Below, piece after piece: positions 1 through 9,913 of a DNA stretch of 64,000 nt (positions within the stretch are counted from its first letter, which is position 1; each line of letters opens with the position of its first letter). The position numbers and the translations under genes are program-made. Under the pieces are notes generated by a model, which did not search any database, had not been told where the DNA came from, and saw only the letters and a program-made list of their open reading frames with translations. Origin of the DNA: a virus; the IMG/VR virus record IMGVR_UViG_3300025151_006410, positions 5,020 to 69,019 of that record; one strand, written 5' to 3'.

Positions 1-726
1 CATTTTTTCTAACAACACAGCCGCTTGTATACAATCCATTCTGGCATTGTATCCAATAGTGCCGTATTCAAACATAGAACTCCGGCCATGGTCCCTGTAC
101 ATTTTAACTTTGTCTACTAACTCTTTACGTCCTGTTACTGCTCCTGCATCTCCTATAGCACCTAAATTTTTTACAGGATTAAAACTAAAGCAAGTCAAAT
201 CAACAAGATTGCCTACTGGTTGTTTGTTGTATGATGCTCCAGTAGATTGTGCCGCATCTTCAATCACATAAAGATTATGTTTTTTGGCAATACGGTTAAT
301 GCTATCTATGTCAGCACATTGACCGTATAAATCAACAAATAATATTGCTTTGGTTTTGTCTGTAATGTGTGATTCTATTTTTGTTGCATCAATATGATAG
401 TATTCATCTATGTCTACAAATATTGGTGTTGCTCCAACGATTTTAATTGCTTCAGCAGTGGCAATAAAAGTGTGCGGAGTTGTAATAACTTCATGTCCAT
501 TTGTTACACCACATGCCATTAAAGACAACACCAATGCAAAAGTACCATTGCCTACTGCCGCACAGTTTGCCGATCTGGTTGCACCTGCCCATGCTTCTTC
601 AAATTTTTCTACAGTTGGTCCAGCTATAAATTCTGATGTATCTAATATTTTTTGAATAGCTGAGTCCACATCTGCTTTACACTCAATGTACTGATCGTGT
701 AATTTAGTGAATGGTATTTGGGTCAA
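1..726 (-). CDS. DegT/DnrJ/EryC1/StrS family PLP-dependent sugar aminotransferase (runs off window edge)
   Basis: Not in ORF track; manual translation from TTG at 726: MTQIPFTKLHDQY...GNGTFAL...EVITTPHTFIATAEAI...VIEDAAQS...CFSFNPVKNLGAIGDAGAV, open to position 1. Confidence 0.92.
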   Translation of the reverse strand, partial: MTQIPFTKLHDQYIECKADVDSAIQKILDTSEFIAGPTVEKFEEAWAGATRSANCAAVGNGTFALVLSLMACGVTNGHEVITTPHTFIATAEAIKIVGATPIFVDIDEYYHIDATKIESHITDKTKAILFVDLYGQCADIDSINRIAKKHNLYVIEDAAQSTGASYNKQPVGNLVDLTCFSFNPVKNLGAIGDAGAVTGRKELVDKVKMYRDHGRSSMFEYGTIGYNARMDCIQAAVLLEKM

Positions 727-1627
727 TGTTTGCTAATGCTCCTTCTAAATTAAATTTGCTGTTGTAGTTTAATTTGTCTTTTATTTTGTTTATTTTCAAT
801 GACCCTCTGTTTGGAAAATACTTTTCTCTACTAACTGGAATCATTTTGCTTGTACTATTATAGTGTTTAGCTATTTGTTCTGCCAGTTCTTTCAAAGTTA
901 ATGTGTGTTCACTGCTTATGTTAAATGTTTCGTTGTCTGCATTGCCTTCAATTACAAGCTGTAATGCATTCACCATATCAGCCACGTATGTTATATCTGT
1001 GGTTGTGTCTTGTGCGTAAAAAATTTCTTCATTGTTTATTGCTTGCTTGATAAATTTAGGAACTAATCTATCCCCAATATCATAGTTGCCAAACACACAA
1101 ATTGGTCTTAAAATATTGTACACAAATCCTTTTAATTGTGCATTTGACTTTATAAGATATTCTTGTGTTAGTTTTAGTGACCCATATAAATTAATTGGAG
1201 CACACAATGTAGTTTCGTCAGCATCATTTTGATAGTTGCCATATACATTTGAACTGCTGACATGCACATATTTTTTTACATCATAAGCCATGGTGTTAAT
1301 CAGTCCTTGTATCATACCTTCAGCACTAAGCACTGGATATTGTTCTGATAAACTGACTCTTGGATATGCGGCTAAATTTACTACCACATCAGGTTTGAAT
1401 GTATTAAATGTATGTTGAATCAATGAATTTTCAATTATTGATCCATTCACCGTTTTTACATTGAACCAGTTTTTGGTTCTGCCTTGTATGATTTTATGTT
1501 TTTGCACTTCATGCCTAACACCAAATATACTGAAGTTGTCATACACCAGTATATCGTGTTTGTGCTGTAATTGGTTTGTTAAATGATGACCAATAAAGCC
1601 AGCACCGCCAAAAATTAAAATTTTCAT
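704..1627 (-). CDS. NAD-dependent epimerase/dehydratase (extended SDR, nucleotide-sugar)
   Basis: GGAGFIG Rossmann motif, NLAA, SSSNVYG, catalytic YGSLK. Confidence 0.92.
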   Translation of the reverse strand: MKILIFGGAGFIGHHLTNQLQHKHDILVYDNFSIFGVRHEVQKHKIIQGRTKNWFNVKTVNGSIIENSLIQHTFNTFKPDVVVNLAAYPRVSLSEQYPVLSAEGMIQGLINTMAYDVKKYVHVSSSNVYGNYQNDADETTLCAPINLYGSLKLTQEYLIKSNAQLKGFVYNILRPICVFGNYDIGDRLVPKFIKQAINNEEIFYAQDTTTDITYVADMVNALQLVIEGNADNETFNISSEHTLTLKELAEQIAKHYNSTSKMIPVSREKYFPNRGSLKINKIKDKLNYNSKFNLEGALANIDPNTIH

Positions 1628-1902
1628 TTTTCTTCTTCGTCGGTGCTAGGTGTTGGCTTTTTCTCTTTTTGTTTAGACTCTATGTATTCGTCTTTTAGTG
1701 CTTTTAAATCTACTTCTCCACTTTCAAAATCACGTAGTGCATTCACTACATGAGAATCATTTGGTTCAGCAGGTACTATAGTCGGCTTGCCTTTTCTTAA
1801 TTGTTTAGCATAATGCGATCCAAGAACAATCATATCAAATTTATTTGTTACGTCTTGCTCTGCACATTTGGCCATGGCGTCCATGGTGAAAACCCTAGCC
1901 AC
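1624..1902 (-). CDS. rpoZ: RNA polymerase omega subunit homologue
   Basis: MARV...NKFDMIVLGSHYAKQL...NDSHVVNALRDF parallels alphaproteobacterial omega (MARV...NRFELV...HRAR...NDKNPVVALREI). Confidence 0.75.
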   Translation of the reverse strand: MARVFTMDAMAKCAEQDVTNKFDMIVLGSHYAKQLRKGKPTIVPAEPNDSHVVNALRDFESGEVDLKALKDEYIESKQKEKKPTPSTDEEEK

Positions 1903-1905
1903 AAT

Positions 1906-2499
1906 CTATACCTCTTCAGTTACTTTTTTAGGTCGTCCTTTTCTTGGTCTAAGCTCTGGATCAAGTTCGTATGCTCTTTCTTTGTATGCATCGACTTGTT
2001 TTTGCAGTCTTTCTGCTCTGCTGATGTACAATCTAGCTTCTGTTTTAGCACTAGTGCCTTCGGCAGTAGTGTCAGCCTGTATTGCAAGTCCTTCCACTTT
2101 GACACCTTTTTGTTCAGCAATCATTTCATTCAGTTTATCAAGTTGTATAGCATCAGCACCTTCTTCGGTTACTAACACATTTTCCGTTGGTTGTTTAATG
2201 AGTCTGCCTGATGTGTGTAAGTGTTCAAGCACAGATATGCCTTGCACTGAAGTTGCTATGTCTTGAACCACAGGATTGTTTGCATCTTCCAATGGCATTT
2301 TTTGTCTGCCTAGTATGTGACCAAATTCAAACGAATCTTGCCCGTCACCTGATTCTAATAGTGATTCAACTATATCTGATTCAAATGGTGGCAGTGATTG
2401 TCTATCAATCACAAGTGCTGATAACGGATCCCCTGGCAATGTGCGATTAACAATCACTACTTTGGCTCCTGTTGTCTTTAATGTTCCTACGTGTTTCAT
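1906..2499 (-). CDS. hypothetical phage protein
   Basis: 197 aa ORF tightly packed in the operon; basic C-terminal RPRKGRPKK. Confidence 0.75.
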   Translation of the reverse strand: MKHVGTLKTTGAKVVIVNRTLPGDPLSALVIDRQSLPPFESDIVESLLESGDGQDSFEFGHILGRQKMPLEDANNPVVQDIATSVQGISVLEHLHTSGRLIKQPTENVLVTEEGADAIQLDKLNEMIAEQKGVKVEGLAIQADTTAEGTSAKTEARLYISRAERLQKQVDAYKERAYELDPELRPRKGRPKKVTEEV

Positions 2500-2790
2500 T
2501 TATTTTGCCTCCGTATCACTCGGTGCTTCTGTTTGAGCAGGAGTTGTTGGTGCTGGTGTTTCGGTTTTAGCCTGTTCGGCTGCCGCGGCATCAACTGATT
2601 TTAGGAATGTGTCTAGTTTGTCATACACATCACCTACTAGTTTTAATTCGCCGCCTCTAAATGCTCCTCTGCCTGATGAAAGATCTATAATCGCTCTTAT
2701 ATTTCTAAGATCAGCAACAGTTAGATTAGGTGCTTGTGCTTGTGGTGTGGTTACTGTGCCATCAACCATCTTATTTGTATCGTCTGACAT
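2500..2790 (-). CDS. hypothetical phage protein
   Basis: 96 aa ORF with AGGAG SD and upstream sigma70-like promoter. Confidence 0.75.
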   Translation of the reverse strand: MSDDTNKMVDGTVTTPQAQAPNLTVADLRNIRAIIDLSSGRGAFRGGELKLVGDVYDKLDTFLKSVDAAAAEQAKTETPAPTTPAQTEAPSDTEAK

Positions 2791-2820
2791 GTCGTCTCCT
2801 TTATATTATAATATACATAC

Positions 2821-2850
2821 ATTATAATTTATTTTGCAACCAACTGTCAA
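2821..2850 (-). promoter_or_regulatory. sigma70-type early promoter
   Basis: TTGACA-N18-TATAAT on minus strand upstream of 2790. Confidence 0.6.
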
Positions 2851-4040
2851 GAATAATAAACGGTTTGGCCAAAAGGTGGTTTTACGTGTTCACCACTGTG
2901 TATAACCCAAAGTGTATCACAGTAATCTGGATCTCCCCATCGATCCCAAGTCTCCCCATCTGTAAACACAATTAATGATTTTGGACGGATATCGTTTTCA
3001 TACATATATTTCCAGTTTACAGCAATATCTGTACCACCATAACCACCTGGATTGTAATCTTCTATTTCTTTTCCATCCCATGTTTCAAAAGATTCATCTG
3101 CACATACCTCAGTATCAAAACACCACACACGGATTTTGTATGCATCAAATTCATCCTTGATTCCACTTATTTCGGATAAAAAATCTTTCAATTGACTTTC
3201 TTCGATTGAACCAGATGTATCAATTGCTACACATATATCTAATTCATTTTCAGCATCTAGTCCTGGTAATACAGCATTAGTAGAATACATTTTGCGTGAC
3301 GGTTTAGTCCATGTATAATTGTTTTTTATTTGACTTTTTATAGTTTGTCGCAACAACTGTCTCCAATCAAGTTTAGGAGCAGTTATATCATTCAACAATC
3401 TTTTAAGTCCAGCTGGTACACTGCCTGCTTTGTCACCAGATGAAGCAGATGCTTTAGCTGACTGTAACAGTGAATTTTTTATTTCATCTCGTAATGCATC
3501 TACCTCTGCTTTTGACATCCCATCGCCAATTTTCACCTTTTGTTTCTTACCATCCTTGTCTTCAACAGTTGCTTCACCCATTTCAAGATCAATGTGTACG
3601 TCTAAAGTTTGTTGTTGTTTTTGCATAGGGCTTAATTTTTCATAGATTTGTTCTGCTGATAAGTTAGCGTATTGATGGTCCAGTAATGGAGCATTACCTC
3701 CTTTAGGTGCTTCGCCAATTTGTTCATCTACAAGTATTTGATTCACAGCATAATCACATGCAACATTCCAACCTTGTGGATCTCTATCACCACGTCTTAG
3801 CATATGTTCAAATGCAACATGCAATACTTCATGTCCTAACAAAAATTCAGTTTGCTTAATATTAAGTTCGTCTATAAATTTTTTATTGTACCATAAATGT
3901 TTGCCATCGACTGCCGCAGTTGGTATGTCAGTAGATTCTTTCAGTATTAATCTAGTAGCCATGTTGCCAAAGAATGGTTTCTTCAGCAACAATGAAATTC
4001 TAGCAGTAATGATTTTTTCTTCTGTGTTTGAATATGTCAT
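2847..4040 (-). CDS. DUF2201-type metallopeptidase-like / vWA domain protein (MoxR partner)
   Basis: HEVLH zincin motif; vWA MIDAS DTSGS, GGTD, FTDG; adjacent to AAA ATPase; likely start 4040. Confidence 0.85.
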   Translation of the reverse strand: MTYSNTEEKIITARISLLLKKPFFGNMATRLILKESTDIPTAAVDGKHLWYNKKFIDELNIKQTEFLLGHEVLHVAFEHMLRRGDRDPQGWNVACDYAVNQILVDEQIGEAPKGGNAPLLDHQYANLSAEQIYEKLSPMQKQQQTLDVHIDLEMGEATVEDKDGKKQKVKIGDGMSKAEVDALRDEIKNSLLQSAKASASSGDKAGSVPAGLKRLLNDITAPKLDWRQLLRQTIKSQIKNNYTWTKPSRKMYSTNAVLPGLDAENELDICVAIDTSGSIEESQLKDFLSEISGIKDEFDAYKIRVWCFDTEVCADESFETWDGKEIEDYNPGGYGGTDIAVNWKYMYENDIRPKSLIVFTDGETWDRWGDPDYCDTLWVIHSGEHVKPPFGQTVYYS

Positions 4041-4041
4041 C

Positions 4042-5136
4042 TTATGCATTATCCATACTAGCGATTACATACTTGCCAAACTTTTCATGGAATTTATTGA
4101 ATGATTTAAGTTTGGTTGGCTTCATAGGCAGTTTATAAGTTGCTAAAGCAATCTTGGCTCCCATTACAGTAAGTTCTGTATCGAAGTTTTCCATCATAAA
4201 GTTTAAAAAACAGTCTGCTTTAGAATCAAAGTTTTTGTCTTTTTTATCTGCAAATTCTTTTAATTCATAACACATACTTACAGCCAATGAATATTGTCCA
4301 CTTACTTCTGTTTTCTTAGGCATGGTTTTTACTTTGCCTGATAAGATGTCTGTTGGGTTTGGAAGGTCAGCGGCAATTTTACGATGAGCCATAAACTTGA
4401 TAGCTAGACCTTCCCCAACAGCACCTGCGATTAGATCAGTAAGCACACTTTCTGGCAGGTGTTCGGTTAATAGTTGACTTACAAATGACCAGCTTCTTGG
4501 AGTAGCAAATGCCTTCGAAGAACCTTTAGGATCAAAGTCATATAAATCTTGTTTTGCAAATGAAATGTAACCAACAACGTCTGCATGAGTATTATTTTTT
4601 GTTGCCCATACTAGCCAATCATCAAAATCAACTTTCATTTCTAAATGCACAAATCTATTGCTAAGTGGAGCCGGCATTCTAAATGTCACGCCTCTATCTG
4701 TTTCTCTGTTACCAGCGGCTACAATAGACACACCTTCTGGTAATTCATAAGCACCAACTCTTCTGTTAAGAATTAATTGATACGCCGCCGCCTGCACAGC
4801 CGGAGGAGCCGCGTTGATTTCATCTAAGAAAAGTATTGCTGTACTCTTTGGATCTTTTGGTAATTCTATAGGTGGTGCCCACTCCATAGAGTTTGATTTT
4901 GAATTGTAAAAAGGAATACCTTTTATGTCAGTAGGTTCCCATAATGGAAGTCTAATGTCAATCACTTCACGTGAATCTTCGTCTCCAATCTGTTTAACAA
5001 TGTCCGATTTACCAATACCTGGTGCACCCCATATCATTACGGGTCTCTTGATATCGATACAATGTTTAAGTGCAATAGTAGCCTGACTTGGCCCTATTTG
5101 TCTGGTAGTTTCTATAGTTTGTTTTTCTTTACTCAT
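4042..5136 (-). CDS. MoxR-like AAA+ ATPase
   Basis: Walker A GAPGIGKS, Walker B LFLDE, AAGNR, LSNRF, TPRSW. Confidence 0.9.
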   Translation of the reverse strand: MSKEKQTIETTRQIGPSQATIALKHCIDIKRPVMIWGAPGIGKSDIVKQIGDEDSREVIDIRLPLWEPTDIKGIPFYNSKSNSMEWAPPIELPKDPKSTAILFLDEINAAPPAVQAAAYQLILNRRVGAYELPEGVSIVAAGNRETDRGVTFRMPAPLSNRFVHLEMKVDFDDWLVWATKNNTHADVVGYISFAKQDLYDFDPKGSSKAFATPRSWSFVSQLLTEHLPESVLTDLIAGAVGEGLAIKFMAHRKIAADLPNPTDILSGKVKTMPKKTEVSGQYSLAVSMCYELKEFADKKDKNFDSKADCFLNFMMENFDTELTVMGAKIALATYKLPMKPTKLKSFNKFHEKFGKYVIASMDNA

Positions 5137-5171
5137 CTAGTGTGCTCCTTATTGCTTCATCTATAGTAACT

Positions 5172-5199
5172 ATTATAATACCAAACAATATAGTGTCAA
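5172..5199 (-). promoter_or_regulatory. sigma70-type early promoter
   Basis: TTGACA-N16-TATAAT followed by AAGGAG SD of the ATPase gene. Confidence 0.75.
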
Positions 5200-5309
5200 C
5201 CGACTAAAATCCGCAGATTTGCGTAATATTTGCAAAAAAATCATTGCATATTTGCGTCTGTGCTTCGTTTTAGCTACCGGGCTTGGTGTTTGTACCCGGG
5301 CAAAATCAC

Positions 5310-5657
5310 CTATAAATTGAAGTTTTCCACATCACCATCTAGTAGGTGTAAAATCATGGCAGGCTTCTCAGCGAACAGAATTGCATACATTGTTCTGGGT
5401 GAAATGTAGTATGGGCAAGTGCATGATCTGTCTAGATTAATGATTGCTCGCATGGTTAGTTTTTTTTGTAGTTTAATTTTATAACTTTTGATTCCAGCTT
5501 GTTTAAGCAGTTTTGAGCCTTTTGCTGTCAGTTGAAATCTTGCATCATCCCGTGTGAAAGATCTAAACATCAATCTCACTGTTTGATCATCATCTAAATC
5601 TAAATGACACTTGGTTTTTACTAATTTTGCTAAGTTGGATTTAGTTAATTTCATCAT
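5310..5657 (-). CDS. hypothetical phage protein
   Basis: 115 aa ORF overlapping upstream gene. Confidence 0.65.
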   Translation of the reverse strand: MMKLTKSNLAKLVKTKCHLDLDDDQTVRLMFRSFTRDDARFQLTAKGSKLLKQAGIKSYKIKLQKKLTMRAIINLDRSCTCPYYISPRTMYAILFAEKPAMILHLLDGDVENFNL

Positions 5658-5937
5658 TTAACAACTTGCCTTCACTGAGTTCGTAAACTTGAAAGTCATT
5701 AGACTTGAACATTGCATTTAGTTTCAATGCAAGGTTGTGTGCATGACCTGGATTTGAAAAAGAACACTTCTTATATTTTGGTCCAGGATAGTTGGAAATG
5801 ATAGATGATGATTTTAGATTGATTGGTTTTCCTTGATAAAAAACTGCATAGATGGCTGACGCTTCAAGTACTTCTTCCATCTTATAGTTTTTCTTGTTAC
5901 TGTGTTGTAACAAAGTTCGTGGTTTTGGTCTACTCAT
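5641..5937 (-). CDS. hypothetical phage protein
   Basis: 98 aa ORF; TAAATA at 5946-5951 just upstream. Confidence 0.75.
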   Translation of the reverse strand: MSRPKPRTLLQHSNKKNYKMEEVLEASAIYAVFYQGKPINLKSSSIISNYPGPKYKKCSFSNPGHAHNLALKLNAMFKSNDFQVYELSEGKLLNDEIN

Positions 5938-5970
5938 TATATGAGTATTTATCGGTGTAATATTGAGGAT

Positions 5971-6192
5971 TTAGTCTTGTAGAGCAGTTTTAAGCTGTTC
6001 GTAGCCACCTATAAGTTTGCCGTCAAGTATAATTTGTGGCACAGTCATTGCCCCTGGAGCAGATTCTAATAGTTGTTCTTTTGTCCATCCATTTCCAAGT
6101 TTTCTTTCTTCGAATTCTATACCTTTCATTTTTAAAAGGCTTTTTGCCATGTCACAAAATGGACACATTGGCTTACTCCATACAATGTTCAT
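5971..6192 (-). CDS. glutaredoxin
   Basis: CPFC active site, TVPQI, IGGY. Confidence 0.93.
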   Translation of the reverse strand: MNIVWSKPMCPFCDMAKSLLKMKGIEFEERKLGNGWTKEQLLESAPGAMTVPQIILDGKLIGGYEQLKTALQD

Positions 6193-6228
6193 TTCTTATT
6201 TCCTTCCTTCCATATTTACCAAAAATTT

Positions 6229-6759
6229 TTATGCTCTTTCAGACTTCAACCAAATGCTGTGTAAGGTCTTTGCCCAGCTAAGATCCGCCACAGGAAAAGT
6301 TTTTTTGACGTCTTCTAAGAAAGAATCATGGTATATGTTTTTGATATCAAACCTATTTTTAAATACTTGATGATCTTGCCATGCTTTAAAATCATCAACA
6401 ATGGTATGTTTTTTGTTTAAGTTTAAATCTGCTTTGACGTGTTCAACACTGTCATATTCGTTCCTTATCCAAAATCGTTCTGCAAACACTTTAAGCATTT
6501 TTTCATCTGAGCAGTAAAGTTGTATTACTTGGTCTGGATTTATTTGCTTACAAAAATCAGTATCATGTGAAAGAGTGTATCCGGTCATTTTACTGAAGTA
6601 CTCGTGTTTTTCTTTTTCTGAAAAATTATAAAACTTTTTCATCACTGTGCGATCTTTTACTTGTGAGAACGGATAGATGCTTCTTAGATATTGTTTATCA
6701 AGCATACACAAAATTAGGTCCCCACACATTCCCCCTCTAAATAATATTACTTTGTGCAT
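6229..6759 (-). CDS. hypothetical protein (possible P-loop/sulfotransferase-like N-terminus)
   Basis: VILFRGGMCGDLI resembles N-termini of ORFs at 28292 and 28951. Confidence 0.6.
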   Translation of the reverse strand: MHKVILFRGGMCGDLILCMLDKQYLRSIYPFSQVKDRTVMKKFYNFSEKEKHEYFSKMTGYTLSHDTDFCKQINPDQVIQLYCSDEKMLKVFAERFWIRNEYDSVEHVKADLNLNKKHTIVDDFKAWQDHQVFKNRFDIKNIYHDSFLEDVKKTFPVADLSWAKTLHSIWLKSERA

Positions 6760-7394
6760 TTAAAAAGATATTTGATGTTTCCATTTGTGGTATCTGGATT
6801 TTCGTTTCCGTCACCATCTGCAAAATCCATTTGTGATTCTAAACAACTAAAACCTAAACTTTCGATTTGTTTGGCAAGATCAATAAACATTTCATAGTGA
6901 TTAATTTTCAGCCTATTCCACGGAGTAAATTGTGTGTCACGCATTGAGTAAAAAAATAAACAATTATTTTTCATTGATTCTCTATATGCAGTAATGTGTT
7001 TACACAGCCCATCTGCGTCAGTCCATAGATCTGATCTATTGTTTGTCACAATAAAATTATCAAATCTATCTTGGAACATGTTTCCTATCTTATCACGTGA
7101 GTCTACAATAACTGCTTTAGGATAAAACTTTTTTACTATTTCATCTTGTTCGATCACAGTTAAATTATCAACGCAGTCTTCTAGGAAATATCCAGCACTG
7201 CCAAATATTGCAGTTTGACCTTTTTGCAATTTTTTTAAGATATAATCATCATACTCGGTAATGTATGTATGTTGAGATTTTCTAGATTTTAGCCACAATT
7301 CATGTTTTATTTTGCCTGTTCTGTATCTAAGATAAGCAGTCCTTTGATCCATAGACTTTCTTTTCAGCTCGTTTTGGTGTTTTACGATTTTCAT
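6747..7394 (-). CDS. hypothetical protein (possible methyltransferase-like fold)
   Basis: 215 aa; TAIFGSAG...LTVIE weakly resembles SAM-binding motifs I/II. Confidence 0.55.
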   Translation of the reverse strand: MKIVKHQNELKRKSMDQRTAYLRYRTGKIKHELWLKSRKSQHTYITEYDDYILKKLQKGQTAIFGSAGYFLEDCVDNLTVIEQDEIVKKFYPKAVIVDSRDKIGNMFQDRFDNFIVTNNRSDLWTDADGLCKHITAYRESMKNNCLFFYSMRDTQFTPWNRLKINHYEMFIDLAKQIESLGFSCLESQMDFADGDGNENPDTTNGNIKYLFKCTK

Positions 7395-7906
7395 TTTTTT
7401 GATATATAAAATTTTTGATCAGGAATAACCCAAGTAAAATAAGATCCGTCGTCTACAAACCTTTCGCTGTAGTTTATTATCTTAGCATCTAAGGACTTTT
7501 CGAGCCATACTTGTATTGCAGATTCGTAGTCATCAGGTAATGTAGAATCAACTTCTGTTCCTGTGATGTTTAAGTAGTGCCTATTTAGGCATAAGAAAAC
7601 ATTGTCACACTGCTCTAATAATTCATTTATATTTTCTATTATTATTTTACATGTTGATCTGCTAAACTTTTGATCTGTGATAAGCACAAGATCTGCGTTG
7701 TCAACACTGGACACTGTGTCAAAGTTAAAATCTATGTAATTGTCTTTAACATGGAATACGTTTTTGAATCCTTTATCAAAAATAAACTTTTCTATTTTTA
7801 TCTTTTCATATAGATCATAGGTTTCTGTAAAGAAGGATTTTTGTAATCTGTTCCAATTTTTGTGCCATTTATAAAGATTCTGAGAAGTTATAACTTTATT
7901 TTTCAT
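7391..7906 (-). CDS. hypothetical protein
   Basis: ~171 aa ORF, ATGA overlap with downstream gene. Confidence 0.6.
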   Translation of the reverse strand: MKNKVITSQNLYKWHKNWNRLQKSFFTETYDLYEKIKIEKFIFDKGFKNVFHVKDNYIDFNFDTVSSVDNADLVLITDQKFSRSTCKIIIENINELLEQCDNVFLCLNRHYLNITGTEVDSTLPDDYESAIQVWLEKSLDAKIINYSERFVDDGSYFTWVIPDQKFYISKK

Positions 7907-8129
7907 CGCCAAACATCCCTCCGTCCATGCTTACATCATTTACAGAACTAGATTCTATTTTCCTGCTTTGTATTTCAGCATAGTGGATTAAGATTGTTGT
8001 GAGCGAATTACGTACACGTTTGGCCAATTCAACATCAATTTTTACTTCACGTTGTCTAGCGTTATCTGCCTTGTTTATTATCTCAATGAAGTTTTTTAGA
8101 TGTAGTGTATCGTCAACTTTTGTGGACAT
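7896..8129 (-). CDS. hypothetical phage protein
   Basis: ORF, likely start MSTKV at 8129. Confidence 0.65.
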   Translation of the reverse strand: MSTKVDDTLHLKNFIEIINKADNARQREVKIDVELAKRVRNSLTTILIHYAEIQSRKIESSSVNDVSMDGGMFGDEK

Positions 8130-8607
8130 TTGAAAAAGCCTGTCTTTGTTCAACAACTGTTTTGAACGGTCCTTTGTATTCGTTGTTGCTTAATGTTTTT
8201 AATTTTGGACAAAATCCTTTCACCCAACCTTTTGGAAAATGTACTATATAATAACCAGCCGCATACATGTTATTTGAATTTGGTGATTTTGCATACAGTG
8301 GAATTTTGTGTTTAACATCAAGCACAGGATTGTAAGGAATATGTTTTGTTGGATAATCATATATTTCTTTTTTAACCCCTGGCTTGTCAACAACCTCGAC
8401 AAGGTCTCTACCGAATAATTCAAAATGTGATCCTATTTCTTTTTTGGTCATTGTGGCCACAGATGAATCTGTTCCTGTGATTATAAAATTGTTATCGTCG
8501 TGTCTTTGTATGGTGCCAATTCTCACACCATTCTGCTCTATGATCCAAAAACGATCAGGCAGTAATTGCTTGGTCTTGATCGAATCTTGCGTTGAAAGGT
8601 TCTGCAT
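8113..8607 (-). CDS. hypothetical phage protein
   Basis: ORF with YAAGYY, WVKGFCPK, YKGPFKT; likely start 8607. Confidence 0.7.
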   Translation of the reverse strand: MQNLSTQDSIKTKQLLPDRFWIIEQNGVRIGTIQRHDDNNFIITGTDSSVATMTKKEIGSHFELFGRDLVEVVDKPGVKKEIYDYPTKHIPYNPVLDVKHKIPLYAKSPNSNNMYAAGYYIVHFPKGWVKGFCPKLKTLSNNEYKGPFKTVVEQRQAFSNVHKS

Positions 8608-9568
8608 AAAACTTAACATTGTCACTTATCCTTACTAAATCGTGTTTACTACAAAATTTTAACAGATACACACCGACGTTGCTAATTGCTTTGCTTGTGT
8701 TTTTAGCAATATCAATAGTTTCTGTTATTTTCATTTTAACTTCATTTGGTTGCATGGTCAAGTCAATTAATTGTTGATTCCTAGCATATTCGTCTTTGAC
8801 TATACGTTCAACCCCATTATGATCTACCCATCTACTTAACATTATATTGTTCCATACAAAGCCTTGATTGTTTCTGTCTGCATATGCTTCTAACAGTTTG
8901 TTTTTACGCACTTTAGGAAAAGCAGAAAAAACATTGTCCGCTGAATCGCCACGCATACATTTTTCAAACAGCAACCATTTAGGATCCGGTGCCACTTTAG
9001 GTTCTTTAGTTTTCTTATCGATAATTGGTTCATCTTTTTCATCAAAAAATCCGTTAGTGTTTGCATATACATCTGTTATTCCATTGTATTGTGATACATT
9101 TTCAGACAGCAATTGATAAAAATCTGTATCAGAGCTTACTATAATGTGTTTATCTTCCGGATGTTTTTGTGTCCATCCTGCAATTAAATCATCTGCTTCT
9201 AGTTCGCTATGCTGTAATACTGTACAATTTGTTTTGGTGGTTACAAAGTTTTTGAATTCGTCAAACGTTTCCCAGAACAATTTATCAGCATCCTGTTCAG
9301 CTTGTGTCATAGCGTCTCTGGTCAGCTTTCTATTTGCTTTGTATGGCGTGTAAAAATCTTTACGCCATGATCTACCTTCGAAACAAAACACAACATGATC
9401 TGCTTTGAAACGTTCATAGCATTTTTTTACAGAGTTCATGCAAATGTGCAGTGCTAATCCTAGCTTTGTTTCTACATCATCACCACGTACAACATGCCTT
9501 GCACGGAAGAATGTGTTTGCAGTATCAAAAATTAAAAATGTCTTAGGAGATTTCTGTTTTTCCATCAT
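8555..9568 (-). CDS. 5'-3' exonuclease / T4 RNase H-like flap endonuclease
   Basis: LIFDTAN, YKANR, LEADDLIA, SSDTDFYQL, GDSADNV. Confidence 0.9.
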   Translation of the reverse strand: MMEKQKSPKTFLIFDTANTFFRARHVVRGDDVETKLGLALHICMNSVKKCYERFKADHVVFCFEGRSWRKDFYTPYKANRKLTRDAMTQAEQDADKLFWETFDEFKNFVTTKTNCTVLQHSELEADDLIAGWTQKHPEDKHIIVSSDTDFYQLLSENVSQYNGITDVYANTNGFFDEKDEPIIDKKTKEPKVAPDPKWLLFEKCMRGDSADNVFSAFPKVRKNKLLEAYADRNNQGFVWNNIMLSRWVDHNGVERIVKDEYARNQQLIDLTMQPNEVKMKITETIDIAKNTSKAISNVGVYLLKFCSKHDLVRISDNVKFYAEPFNARFDQDQAITA

Positions 9569-9905
9569 CTCTTCTATTTTGTGATACAAGTGAATCATTA
9601 GTTGTATTCGACGGCATCATACTTTGGCCTTCTTCTGCTATGGTGTTGCATAAAACACTAAACCAATGATCAACTATCTCTTCATCAGAATTACCAGAAA
9701 ATCCGTTGTCCTTTAAGTTTTTGACAAAATGCTTATTCCAATCAAGTTCAAAATATCCATACTTGGGATTTTTTGGATCCACATTAGTGTCAATTACTTT
9801 AATGTAAGGTTCACCTTTTCTAGTGGCTATTTCTTTGTCTGTTTCTTTAGTTGTTGTTTTTTCCTTCTTAGGACTTTGAAACATATTTTTAAGTTTGTTT
9901 AACAT
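9543..9905 (-). CDS. hypothetical phage protein
   Basis: 120 aa ORF, GYFELDWN motif. Confidence 0.7.
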   Translation of the reverse strand: MLNKLKNMFQSPKKEKTTTKETDKEIATRKGEPYIKVIDTNVDPKNPKYGYFELDWNKHFVKNLKDNGFSGNSDEEIVDHWFSVLCNTIAEEGQSMMPSNTTNDSLVSQNRRDDGKTEIS

Positions 9906-9913
9906 AGCTTCTA

